The notes: a model not told the origin generated them from the letters alone. Counted from the stretch's first letter, positions 50,194 to 63,136 are shown. The stretch: 64,000 nt of DNA from Azolla caroliniana (GCA_043228905.1 JBHGNT010000008.1:16430001-16494000); one strand, 5' to 3'. Numbers and translations: made by a program.

Positions 50194-52806
50194 TTACTCC
50201 CTCCGTCGTAGTGGTCTCCGGTTGACTGGTTCCGGCCTAGCCCTCGCTTGCAACAGTTCCTCATCACTAAGGTTAACCGTTGCCGCTTCCCGTGCTTTTT
50301 CTTCCCGAACCCGGGACCGCTCGTAGCTTTCAAACTGGATTTGAGCGTCCAGCCTATCATCGTCTAGTTGAGCTACGAGTTGCCGGACCTGCGCCAGCTG
50401 TTCATTCGCCAGGAATTGGAAGTCATCGGCCAGCTCGTCCCATATGGCGGTGAAGTCCTCAGAAGTCAACGTGTAACAATCATCTCCTTCCTTTCGCCGG
50501 TTTGCCACGTCTGCCCGTAGCAATTGGAGTTTCGCCGCATTTTGTGCCCACTTTGTCCACCATCTTACGGAGCTTTCGTCAATCAAGCATTTTGTCTGAT
50601 TCAGCCATGCCCGGAGGATGCACTGAATCCGGCCCGTTCCCAATTGCGATTTGGTCTCCGCCGCTTGCCGTTCCTCCTTCAATTGCTTGATGATTTTGAC
50701 GTTGTCTTCCGCCTGCTCCTTGTAATGCGTCAATTGCCTTTGATATGTGCTTTGTAATTTCTGCAATACCGTTCACGCTCTCTCCTTTTCTTCCTGCTGC
50801 TGCCTCTGGAGCTCCATCCGGACCTTCTCCGCCTCGTCCAACCGTCTTGTATTTTCCGCACGTTCGTCGGCGATCACCGTCGCGGCCCGATCAACTTCCT
50901 GCTGGAGTTCGGCCATCCGTTCCTTATGCTCCGTTTCCAGCCGTTTGTAGTCCCGGTGCAGGTGCTCAAAATCATCTGTCTTTTGCTTGAGCCGTGTGTT
51001 GATCTGTCGACGGGCCCGGTCCTCGTGGTCCTTCTGCTGGCAGAGCTCTTCCTTTAGCCGTTCAATTTCCGTTTCCGCCGTCTTCCGCAGCTTGTCCTTT
51101 TCCTGCAGCACTTTGTCTTTTTCCTCCCTTAGCCGGTCGAATGCTTGATGGCCTTTCCGGAGGCTCTCCTCTGCCCGGCGGAGGTTCTCAGCAGTCTTCT
51201 TCAATTCTGATTCAGTCGCTGTCTTCAATTCCCGTTCTCGGCTCCTTAGCGCTTCTTGTGCGGCAAGTTCATCTCTCAATTCCGCAAGCTCCTGGCCTTG
51301 CGCCGCATCTCTCCCTAGGACGGTTTCCGTTGCCGGGGTCTTATTGGTATGTACAGGTTGATCAGTTTCTTTATTCTGTACACTTACTGGAGTCACCGGT
51401 GATTGGATCTGTGTTGCCGTTAAGGCCATTTTGGCCATTTCTGCCGTGACCTGATCCAAGTCTTTTTCAAGGCACCGGATTCTGGACCAGGCCGTCTCTA
51501 GTTGTTTGGTTGTGACGAGCAACCGTTCACTTTGCGCTCTTTCTTCCGCCTCAATATACCCCACTGCTCCGGCAATCTGTTCACCTATCCACTGGAGCCA
51601 CAGGCTACCAGTGCCTTGTTGCGTTTGCACGGAGGTTTGACGGATGGGCTCGCTTGTAGATGGGTGGTCCCGCCTGATTGCGCCGAGTTGCAATTCCGTT
51701 TCCGCCCGTGGACCACCCTGCTTTCCTAGTTCCCCTTGCACTTCTTCTTGGTTAGCCGAGGAAGGCTGCATTGACCTTTCCGGCTCTGGCGGGATGGGAC
51801 TTGCCGGTGTTGCCGGTGGTGTAGGGGCTTCTGATTCCGGTGCCGTGCGCACCGGTTCCGGTTCCTCCCTTGGCGTGGGAGTCTCAGTATGGGGAGCCGG
51901 TGTTCCCTCCGTCTGAGGGTCCGAACGTTTCCCGGCTGCCTCAACGGTCCTTGCCGACGACCGTCGCTAGAGGTGCTCCATAGGCTCCTCCTCTATTTCC
52001 TCTTCCTGAGTCCCGGCATTGAGTTTTGCCGCCAAGGGGTCCGCTTCTCTATTCACCGGTCGGCGGACTGTAACCTTTACAGGCCGTACCAGTGGTTCCT
52101 CCTGCGCGTCCGTTGGCCGCTTTCGGCTGGTGCTCTCCTTTCCCGCCTGTTCTGTGTCCGCCGCCTTCCCCTTAGTGGCCTTAGAGGCCAACAACTGTTG
52201 TCTTTTGGAAGCAGTCTTTGGGGTGCCGTCCGCCACTCTTCCCCGCTTCTTGGGCTGGACGGGCTGGACGGGTGGCACAAGTAAGGTGAGCCACTGCGTT
52301 ACGACGTGCCATATCCTCCGTCCGTCTCGGCCTTCTTTGCCGTCTTTGCCTCTGACGATCTCGATCGCCGCACACAAACCGTCTGCAATCAATACCGGCT
52401 AATCCACCTTGATCCCTTCATAGGTGGCGATGATCATCCCTGCCCGGTTCTGCGGCATGACAGGGGGTCTAGGGTACACATGGCCGTATTCGTGGAGCAC
52501 ACGAGCAATCTCGAGGAACAACATATCTCCGCCGCCCTGTGTCCGGTAGCCCTTGCTGGCTAGGGAGTACTCACCAAAATACTTGATGAGTTGCTCCGAG
52601 GTCGGATTGTCAATTGTGAGTATGCCTCCCTCCGGAAGGCCTGTTAACGCTCGAATCGCCTCCGCCGTTATGACCTCTATGTCGATTTCTTTGATCACCT
52701 TGTCGGCTTCTTTGTGTGGCGGTACCTCCATAATCATCAAGAAGCCCTCGAGCCCGTGTTGCTTTAGCCATTTCTTGGCGGCTTCTGACAACGTTTGCGG
52801 GTCCAT
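50194..52806 (-). pseudogene. Additional sense ORF (~870 codons) of Gypsy element C with a long coiled-coil region
   Basis: ORFs 52399-53028, 51967-52392, 50773-51852 and 50194-50766 are all in one frame and separated only by single stops; E/K/R/Q-rich heptad region. Confidence 0.8.
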
Positions 52807-53167
52807 GTCTGTGTCGAGGTCGGATTGTGGTGGCGAGGTTGGATGGTGATGAGAGTGAGATTGAGAGAGAGAGAGTTCAGAAAGCGGGGGTTCTCTGTGC
52901 GTAGGTTCTCGTCTGATGATCTTGTAGCGCCTTGGTGCTTTTGTGCTCCTGGGTTCGCGAAAGTAGAGGGTTTCCACGCGTAGTGGTTTTTCTTTGTGCA
53001 TTCTGGTGCCTTTTTCGAGTGTGTGCACGTCGTGTACTATAATAGCATTATGTCCTGTGGTGGCGCTTAAATGCCCACTACGTACCTTTTCGCTCCTCGC
53101 TCTTTCGTCCCTTTATACCTCACTTTTGCATGATTACTTCGTTTTTTTTTTTAGCGTTAGTGTGAGG

Positions 53168-55057
53168 TTAGTTGTCCGTTGGTTCTGTCGGACCCTTACC
53201 GGCCTCATTACGGTTTTCCGTCGCCTCATTCTCCCCTGTTACCGGCTTGCCGTCTCCTTCGTCTTGGTGGTTGCCGTTCCCCTCACAGGTTGTTGTTTCC
53301 TCACCGGTGTCGGTCCTTTGCTCAAATGGGTTCTTAGGCATCGGTCCTCTATATGGCTTCAATCGGAATCCGTTGACCCATTTGCCTAGCACTTCGCCAG
53401 CAAGTGTCCCTAACTGGTAGGACCCATTATACTCTCGTGTCAGCCAATACGGATCGGTCCATCTAAACCGTAGTTTACCCGGCATCTTGCCCATCCGGGT
53501 CTGAAATACTAACACCGGCTTGCCGATTGCGAACATTTTTTCATTTCCCTTCCTGTGTTGGTCGACAAATGCTTTCCGTCGCCGTTGTTCCAATTCTAAG
53601 TGCAGGATGCTTGCCAGTCGTTGTTCCTCGAGTTCACACAACGCTGTTAACCGTATTGCCTCCGACTCTTTCTCGTTCAACCGTTCCCGTAGCTGGATCC
53701 GTAAGCTGGGTACTTGGAATTCCACCGGCATTACCGCCTCTAGTCCGAACGCTAACCGGAACGGTGTTGTTCGGATGCTCGTTTTATATGCCGTCCGGTA
53801 TGCCCAAACCGCGCTATGTAGCTTGGTATCCCAATCCGTTCGGTTTTCGTTGACGATCTTTCAGAGGATATTCTGGAGTGTTTTGTTCGTCGATTCAGCT
53901 AACCCGTTTGCTTGCGGATAGTATGGTGTGCTCCGTTTATGGCCAACGGCATAGAATGTCGTCAGGCTTTCAACTACTTGGCCGAGAAAGTGTCCCCCTT
54001 GGTCGCTTATTAATTCGATTGGGCATCCGTAACGGCACCAGATGTACTCGTATAGAAATTTTGCCGTTGACATAGCGGTGTTGTCTCTTAAGGCTTTGGC
54101 CTCCACCCATTTCGTGCAGTAATCTGTCGTGAAGATGACGTACCGATTACCTGTTCTCATTGCCGGTGGTTTGAACAATCCAACAAAGTCCGGCCCCCAC
54201 TTCTGGAATGGCTCGAGTGGTAGTACAGGCTGGTGTGGCATACGAGCCTGCTCCGTTGGCTGGCCCATTTGCTGGCATAGGTCGCATTCTTTTGCGTACC
54301 GTACAACATCTCTTAATGTCGTTGGCCACCATAGGCCACTTTGCCATATTTTCCTGGCCGTCGCATCTCCGGCATAGTGACCTCTGGCAACTCCGCAATG
54401 GGCTTCCCTCAGTATGAGGTCCTTTTCATCACTGCGCACAACCCGTCTCCATATGCCGTCTGCGCCCTTGTGGTAAAGTGTGTCTTGCAGTAAGCAGAAA
54501 TGTCGGCTTTGCACTGCCAGGCGTTTCCTTTCGTCCCGGTTCATCTCTTTCGGAGGCAGTCCTGTGCTCAGAAACTGGTGCATGTTTGTGAGCCACTTGT
54601 CTTCCTGTGCCACCGTCTCATCTACTGCCGTTTCCGTAGTGACTCGAAACAGCTCCGCATCCAGAAACTCGTCCGCTACTCCGTCACCCGTCTCTCCGGA
54701 CTCTAATCGGCTTAAGTAATCCGCCACGGTATGCTGTATCCGGGGTCGGTGGAATATTTTGAACTCAAATTCTTGTAACAGTAAGGTCCACCGGGCCAAC
54801 TTACCGGTGAGTGACGCCTTGGACACAAGGTAAAGGAGTGCCGAATGATCTACATGGAAGGAAAACTTCCTTCCCAATAAATAATGCCGAAACTTTGTCA
54901 CACTATAGATCCTCCCTAGAGCTTCCCGTTCCGTGGTAGAGTAGTTCCGTTCCGCTTGGGATAGCTTTCGGCTGGCATAGTACACTAGCCGGTACCACTT
55001 TGGCTCCGTAAGCTGCATCAGTACGCTTTCGATTGCGATGTCGGAGGTGTCGGACAA
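53168..55057 (-). pseudogene. Gypsy RNase H and integrase (one in-frame stop at 53861)
   Basis: YASRKL..AERNYSTTEREAL, DHSAL, H..GHY..WWP..C..CQ, TDYCTKWVEA, SDQG, YYPQANGLAE, KLRFRWTDPY; both ORFs share one frame. Confidence 0.93.
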
Positions 55058-57671
55058 TGGCCTAACACAGGGTGTCTATGGAAGACACTTCACCAAAGGG
55101 GTGTTACGGCAACAGGATTAGACTCAACGCTTAATTCGACTTAATTAGGTTACTTAGCATGATCGTCCTTAATATTCACACGCGTAAGATATAACAATGA
55201 ATGCAGAACGGCAATTAACACAGAGAGATAACAACACTAAGCTTTATTAATTAACCACTTCTCATTACATTGTATCCGGGCCTTTAAATAGGTTTCCGGT
55301 CTGTATTACAAAATGGTGCCATCCGCACCTATTCGGGATCGGTCCGGATTCGGAATGGCATACCGATTCCGGTCCGTCTGTCCACACTCATAGCTTACTT
55401 ACAACCATTCCTACTAATTAAAAAACTCCCCGTTTCACACTCTGGACTCCTTTGCCAGCCGGCCGGTAACACTCTTCACCTCCAAGAAACATGTGAAGAC
55501 TTCGCTCTTCTTCGTGATCATGCATGCCCACGTGTGCCGAGTGAAGTCATCGATGAAGGTTACAAAGTAATGGCTTCCACTGAGACTCACGTTTTGTGCC
55601 AGACCCCACACATCCGAATGGATCAAATCTAGCGGACTTTGACTACGATTACGCTCATTGGGGAATGGAAGTCGGTGTTGTTTTCCCATCTAACAGGCTT
55701 CGCAGACTTGGGCATACGGCCCCAAAATTTTGGCAATCCGAAAACGACGTTCTTCGTCTACATCTCACTAAGCTGCGGGAAATTTACGTGGCCGAACCGC
55801 TTGTGCCACAGGTCGATATCCGACTCGACCCTTTGTCCTTTTGCGTACAACGCGGTTCCGGGTTGATTATTGTCGAGGATAAACATCCTCCCTTCACGGC
55901 TCCCTTGCACGATCACTTTGCCTTCCTCTTTGATGAAGCAGCCGAGATGCGTGAATCGAACTTGCATACCTTGGTCGATGATCTGTCTGACCGACACAAG
56001 GTTCTTTGTTATTGTCGGGACGTGCAACAAGTTCATTAGCTTCCCTTTCTTCCCGATGTGGCTGAGGGGAACTTCGCCGACATGTTCGATGGTATGCGGA
56101 GTGTCGTCGCCGGTTTCAACCACTCCTCGTGATTCCGGCTTCTTCAAGTACGAGAACCATTCCTCATGGCTCGTCATATGATTTGATGCTCCGGAATCCA
56201 CATACCACACCTTCATGGCCATTGAATTGGCTTTATGCTTCATTACGAAGGTTGGGTCCGATTTGTTTCCAGCTCGTTCAGAGCCTTCTGCGTAGTGCGA
56301 TCTCTCATGCCTCTTTGCGTCTCTTCGGCTAGATCCGGCTTTGTCCGAATAAGCTCGCTTTTTCCAGCACTTGCTCTCCTTGTGGCCTTTCTTGCCACAG
56401 TACCAACATTCCGACGTGGTCTTCTCTTGCCGTCTTTCGGCGCCGCCATGACTCCCCCTGCTTGCGGAGGGTTCGGAATTGCTTCCGACATCTCGATTAT
56501 GCCGTACATTCTGCTCTTTTCGGCCGCCTCCATCGCGCGCCAATCTGCCTCGTCCACCATGACCACGGGGCCTATTATCCTCTGTGTAAAGCATCTTGCC
56601 ATTGGCGTGCGCACTCATCGACGCACCCGTGTGGTTTTCTTCTACGAGCAACATTGACTGAAGCTCGAAAAACGAAGGCGTAATCTCCCTCGTGCAGACC
56701 GCCGTTCAGAAAGGTCCGAACTTTGACACCAAGCTACCAAGACAAACCTGCACCATTTCATCTTCCTCGACGTTCACGTTGACGGAGGCGAGAGAGTCAC
56801 AAATTCCTTTGATCTTGGTGGTGTAATTAGCCACCGACATATCTCTCTTTCGTACATTGTTGAGCTCTTGTCTGAGCTGCAACTTTTTGGCCGTTGTGCT
56901 GGCGGTGAAAATCCTTTTGAGATTCGCCCACGCGTCCTTCGGCGTCTTGGCATCCCGAATATAGCTCAAAAGCTGATCACTCACACAGGACGCGAAGCAG
57001 TACAATATATCTGCTTGCTGCTTGTTCCCAAGCCGGATAGTCCCTGTGTGTCGAGTTGGGTGCCACATCGTTTGCTCCTTCGACATAACTCTAGTAGCCA
57101 TGACCGAGTAGGTACTGGTGCATCTTGTAAGACCAAGATGCGTAGTTGCTTCTGTCAAGCTTTTCAGTCGGAAGTGAGCTTCCTATTCCTCTGTCCATAT
57201 TGCTGTCTTTTCATTTTCCGAACAACTTCAACTTTGTTTTGTCGCAAACTTTTCTTGTCGGCTGTAGAGAACTTCAACCCTCGCACTCTGATACCATGTA
57301 AAAGAATACGTTGTGCGGAAGCGTATGCGAAACACAGAGTATACATTTTGGAGAACACAGAGATGGAGATGGAGATGGAGAGAGACAGAGACAGAGAGAG
57401 GAGACAACTCAGTTCTATTTCAAAATAATGACGCTCTGTACATACACCGTGCTCAGTGAGCACCTTTTATACAAGCCCTAACAATAGGGCTGACACAAGT
57501 ACTGACAGTACTTGACTGCTCATAAATGAGCCTACTACACTAACTCCCAAAATTATTCCTTACGAGGAATATCATACTAACGGCCATGTTATGCATACCG
57601 ATTTACGCACCCAATCTACGCATTGGGTTACGCATCGTATTATGCACGAATGTTGAGCTTGTCTCTCAACA

Positions 57672-57920
57672 GAGGTCAATACCTCATTTGACATATATTT
57701 GATATGTGATTCATGTTGTATGCGTATGAGGTCAATACCTCAATTGCGTATATTACGTTCACATACATCTGTTACGTATGCGTATGAGGTCAATACCTCG
57801 ATTTTTTGTAAATGATATGCGTTTGGTGTCGTATGCGTAAGAGGTAATACCTCAATTCTGTATTACGATTAACCCTTAATTCTGGATGTTTCGTGTGCGT
57901 AGAGGCTATATGCCTCGATT
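57672..57920. repeat. Five ~28-bp palindromic direct repeats separated by dissimilar ~30-bp spacers
   Basis: Core GAGGT-CAAT-ACCTC at 57672, 57728, 57786, 57841 (loop AAT) and 57902 (GAGGC-TATAT-GCCTC); consensus GTATGCGTATGAGGTCAATACCTCAATT. Confidence 0.85.
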
Positions 57921-59175
57921 ACGTGTCTTGATTTCATCACATGTTGGCTATTTGATGTTACGATTTTTATAATATATGCATATGTGGTCATGTGTATATG
58001 TATTTGATCGTATATATGTGATAAATAAACATATGTGTATATTTGATATTATGTGATCTTTATATTGAATGTTGTCCTTTTCAGGGAAAGGATCTTGGTG
58101 GTTGTCCTCACGTTTTTGTGAGAATGGTGTAGTCACCATCCTTTTTTCAACAATTTTTTTGTTGACATCCCCGTTGGTCACTTTGATTTCGTTACGTAAC
58201 GAAATGCTCATAGCCAGAATGATGGTGAGAACGTAGGGCTTAACCCACTTCATGTGAGGTTGCTCCTAGGATACACATATCCAACATCCCTCCCTCATTA
58301 CAAGGATACGATGCCACCATGAGACCATTCTTACGAAAGGCATTCGTAATGACCTAACCATGTGATGGGCCACGTGGGCCTACTACGAAAAGAGGGCTCA
58401 TTTGGCTTGAGCATTAGGTTGCACTTTGGCGTATGCCATCGTAATTATGAGACTTGAGGTTAGGTAACGTACACATAATTTGTGGTAAACGAGAGGGAAA
58501 TAAGGACTCTTGACATATATGTTTCTTTTAGAAAAACATATATGGAAAAAATGCCTCGCATATCTCTTATACGCATAAAACATTAAACATTTAACATGTG
58601 CAACCTATTTGGTTAGCTCAAGTGTTTAATGTATCTGTTCTCGAGGTCTCGAGTTCAAATATGACCAAGACCATACAACATCGTTGATACATATGACTAT
58701 AGCACATGTTTAGACTTGAGGTCTAAGTGCACTTCGGGGTCCTCGTAATAGGACTTAAAGAGCTGAAACCACATATGTGGGCACCGAAACATAGTTTATT
58801 GTTAACTTTTTTTTCATGTATAAACTATTCATGACACGAACATACATGGTTGAGCCTCGGGGAGCCGCCATGAAAAAATCGATATAGAGATCAGGGAAAG
58901 ACATTAATTTGTCATCCCCATGGTTTTTAAAACACCTTTCATCTCATACATCTAGAGGGGTATTGACGTGAGATCATGATATCGATTAATGTTTGCCCAT
59001 GATATGTTTACATCACGACATGATGTTATGACTATTTGTCTGACCTTATCCTATGTCTTTGCCAGAAATAATCATTCAATGGCTCAAAATAACGACCTGA
59101 TGTCATCCGCTCAAGCGGAAGGAACTTAAGGAAATCCTCTTGGACAAATGTCCATTGAGATGTATTTTTCACAAA

Positions 59176-62100
59176 TGTTAAGTAATTAGGTAATTAACTA
59201 GGGTTAATTAGAGACTAATTATATGGTTACGTTAAGCAGCGGAAGATTAGTATGATATGCGCGTGAGAGTGTGTGAGAGGAAGAGAGAGAGAGAGGAAGT
59301 TACACTTGAACACAAAGATAAATGGGGGATGATTGACTATATTGAAAAGTGTCATCAACATACAAAAATACCCACAATGAGGTATATATACAACCCATGT
59401 GCAAAGGTGCACATGTGTGGGTAGAACATAGGTACTTATGTGTAAGTCCTACATTAAATGTACTAAGGAGTGGAGGATCTAGAGTATCTCACTTAAGTAC
59501 AAGGTCCTATTTAAAGGCTTAAGGTCAACACATTAACTAGATTTGATCTAGGTAACTACAAAGTTACATGTGTTGACTAACTAGATTAAACTAGTTGAGC
59601 TTGATATCTCAACACGCCCCCTCAAGCTCAAGTGTGAGGCGTCCAACGTCCGGTTTAGCTTCCTTCTGATTCGTTGGCATCGGTGCGGCTTGCGGCTTTC
59701 TTCACGGCTTTCTTCGCGTCTTCGCAGCTTTGTTGTGCGGTTCTCCACGGCTTTGTTGCGTGGCGTTGCGCGGCTTAATTGTGCGGTTCTCCACCGGATT
59801 GTTCTCCCCCTCAAGCATGTGACGAAGGCTTGGATCCTCGGGCTCTTGTTCAGCCACTACCTTCATCGCGAGGGCATAGTGATGGGCCATATACTCGTTG
59901 TAGGCGTAATGAGTGACTTGGGTCTTCGCTCGTGATGAGCGGCGGAGTTTCTCGTTTGTCGATGTGAGTGCCTTCTTTACTCCGGGTGTCCTCATGATGG
60001 GTACACCGAACTCATTGTCTAGTGAGCGAGCCGAATCATCCGAATCACGGTCGTCAGGGTGGACCTTGACTTCGTATTTGGGCATCTTACCTTTGCCTTT
60101 GTCCAATGTCGGACTTGGCCGCGACGTGTTTTCATCGCGTGGAGGCTCTTGTGGGCCAATTAGCTTGGTAGAGCTTGGATTGTCCTTCGGTGGAGGACTT
60201 GGCCGAGTTTCGTTGTCCGAGTTGGTGTTCAACTCTTCCTCGATTGGGTCGGATGGAGTCGCATCGGGCTTATACCAAGATGCCGATTCGTCGAAAACGA
60301 CATCGTGACTTATCCGCACCGTTTGGGTCGAAGGGTTGAAGCACTTGTACGCCTTTTTCGCGGACAAGTATCCTATGAGGATACATTCTTCCGACTTCGC
60401 GTCGGGCTTCTCTCGACTTTCGTTCAGGATGCGTACATTCGCAATGCTTCCGAACACCTTGAGGTGCGAGAGGATGGGCTTTCTTCCAACGAAGATCTCG
60501 TATGGAGTAAGCTCGTGCACGCTATTTGTGGTGCATCGATTCATGAGATAGACGGCCATGGATGCCGCTTCCGCCGAATAGAAGTTCGGCATGTGCTTCT
60601 CACGCATCATGGCGCGTGCTACCTCGAGTATTTGGCGATTCTTTCTCCCGTTTTGTTGGGGAGTGTGCCAGCATGAGAATTCTCTACGAATGCCTTCACC
60701 TTGGAGGTAGGAGGTGAACTCGTCGGAGAAGTACTCCTTTCCTCCGTCCGATCGTAGGCATCGAATGTGCCGACCGGTTTCTTTCTCCACTTGGCTTTTG
60801 AGCCTTTGAAAGTGGGAGAGCACTTCGCTCTTCTTCTTCATCGGGTATATCCATGCGTAGTGCGAGTGGTCGTCGATGAAGGTGACGTAGTAGCGGCATC
60901 CACCGAGCGTCGGCGTTTGAGCCGGTCCCCATACGTCTGAGTGGATTATGTCAAGGAGGCCTTTGCTTGCGGAGCTCTCCTTCGGGAATGGGAGTCGATG
61001 TTGTTTGCCGAGTTGGCATGCTTCGCACACTCGGTCGACTCGTTTCGATTCGAAGGCCGGAAGTCCGATTACGACTCCCTTTGATTGCATTCCGCGAAGC
61101 CGTTGGAGGTTTACGTGGCCGATTCGCTTGTGCCACAACTCGATGTTTGTCTCGGTCTTGAGACCTTTGGCGTACATGGCCGATTTTACCTCGTTCGAGT
61201 CGAGGATGAACAAGCGACTGTCTCTCCGTCCCTTGGCTATGAGTTGGCCGTCTTTCTCGATGAAGCAACCTTCATTGTTGAAGCGGACTTGCATGCCTTG
61301 CTCCACGATTTGGCCGACCGATATCAAATTCTTTGTTATTGTGGGCACGTGCAAGACATTCTATATGCAGGTTTGCTCGCCTTCTTTCCCAAATGGAACA
61401 TCGCCGATGTGCCGAATGGGATGCGAAGTGTCGTCTCCGGTCTCTATGTAGCCGGGTCGATCCGGCATTCGCAAGTCGCGAAACCATTCTTGGTGCGACA
61501 TCATGTGGTGCGAGGCGCCGGAGTCTACGAACCACGCGTGTTCGGAGTTGGAAGTGCATGCGGAGTTTGCGGGATTGGAGGCCATCATAGAGTTCGCTCT
61601 ATGCCTCATCATGTAGAGTCCGCCGTAGTCCGCGTATTCCGCGTTTGCGGCGTAATTTGTGAGTTGCCGGCTTGTCGAGGCTGACTCGCTTCGTCTTTTT
61701 CGGCACTCCTGTTCGCGATGGCCGATTTTGCTGCAATAGTTGCACGTAGGTGGTGTCGTTCGCCGACCTTGTTCGGCGTGGAAGCTCCCCCTTCTTGTGA
61801 TGGTTCCTCGATGGCTTCCGTTTCCTTGCCGAAATTGTGAATTCCCTTCGTGGGATAGGTCGAATTGACCTCTTCCTCGTCAACCTCGTCTATGGGCACC
61901 ATCCGTATCGGAGAAGAGCATTTGTCCTTCCGATGTGTTGGTCTTTGGTTGAACGTGGTTTTCTTCGACCAATAGCATTGATTGGAGGTTGAAGAACGAG
62001 GGAGGGGTATCTCTCGCCAAGATTGCCGTTCTCAACGGGTTGAATCGTTGTGCGAGGCCGCCCAAGCATACTTGCACCATCTCATCCTCGTCGATGTTGA

Positions 62101-63136
62101 TGTTGATGGAGCCAAGAGAGTCGCAAATGCTCTTGATCTTGGCGGTGTAGTCCGTCACGGACATTTCTTTTTGTCGTATGTTGTTCAACTCTTGCCGGAG
62201 TTGAAGCTTGTGCGCGGATGTGTCCGGGACGAAAATCTTCTTGAGATTTTCCCACGCCTCTTTGGGCGTCTTGGCGTCACGAATGTGGCTAAGCATGTGG
62301 TCGTTTACACATGTTGCCAAGAAATACATTACCCGACTCGCGCCTTGCTCCCACGTTGGGTAGTTGGCGTGTGTGGTTTCGGGTTTGTTTTCTTGTGCGC
62401 CGTTGATGTAGCTCCAATACCCTTGGCTGATAAGGTATTGATTCATCTTGTACTCCCAAGATGAATAATTGCTTCGGTCTAGCTTTTTGCTAGGGAGTGA
62501 GCTTCCCATTTGTTTGTTCATGTTGATTGTTGTGTCTTCCGTTTTGTTTTTCTTCTCTTGGTCGCGTACACGTCCTTCGTAGCGGCACTACGGTAGCGGA
62601 TAACGAATAGCCGGGATTTGTCGTCGGCGTCTCGAACACACAATCACGAATAAGCGGTGGGCTTAGTGGATTTCCTAAACGACGCGCTTTGATACCATGT
62701 TAAGTAATTAGGTAATTAACTAGGGTTAATTAGAGACTAATTATATGGTTACGTTAAGCAACGGAAGCTTAGTATGATATGCGCGTGAGAGTGTGTGAGA
62801 GGAAGAGAGAGAGAGAGGAAGTTACACTTGAACACAAAGATAAATGGGGGATGATTGACTATATTGAAAAGTGTCATCAACATACAAAAATACCCACAAT
62901 GAGGTATATATACAACCCATGTGCCAAGGTGCACATGTGTGGGTAGAACATAGGTACTTATGTGTAAGTCCTACATTAAATGTACTAAGGAGTGGAGGAT
63001 ATAGAGTATCTCACTTAAGTACAAGGTCCTATTTAAAGGCTTAAGGTCAACACATTAACTAGATTTGATCTAGGTAACTACAAAGTTACATGTGTTGACT
63101 AACTAGATTAAACTAGTTGAGCTTGATATCTCAACA
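59176..63136 (-). mobile_element. Ty1/Copia element D, young, lacking RT and RNase H
   Basis: Two 439-bp LTRs (59176-59614 and 62698-63136) with about 4 differences; TSD ACAAA/ACAAA; PBS TGGTATCAAAGC; PPT at 59615; gag, protease WFVDSGAS and integrase present; frame jumps from EQEPE straight to the 3' end. Confidence 0.95.

Larger units (their letters stand above)
49530..55471 (-). mobile_element. Ty3/Gypsy element C, internally deleted, nested in the integrase of A
   Basis: LTRs 49530-49966 and ~55054-55471 (the latter truncated on its inner side); TSD CTCTT/CTCTT; retains RNase H-integrase 53168-55057 and a long extra ORF. Confidence 0.93.
40256..57671 (-). mobile_element. Ty1/Copia element A (degenerate), containing nested elements B and C
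   Basis: LTRs 40256-40653 and 57297-57671 (TGTAA...CAACA); TSD GAGGT/GAGGT; PBS TGGTATCAGAG at 57296-57286; PPT at 40654; gag-protease-integrase 55472-57190, integrase-RT-RH 46674-49529. Confidence 0.95.

Noticed and set aside
57672-57920. True CRISPR array
   Set aside because: Eukaryotic retroelement context, degenerate repeats and no cas genes; kept only as a CRISPR-like architecture finding
41000-62500. Many plus-strand ORFs of 100-200 aa
   Set aside because: Antisense shadows of GC-rich gag-pol frames with no recognisable motifs
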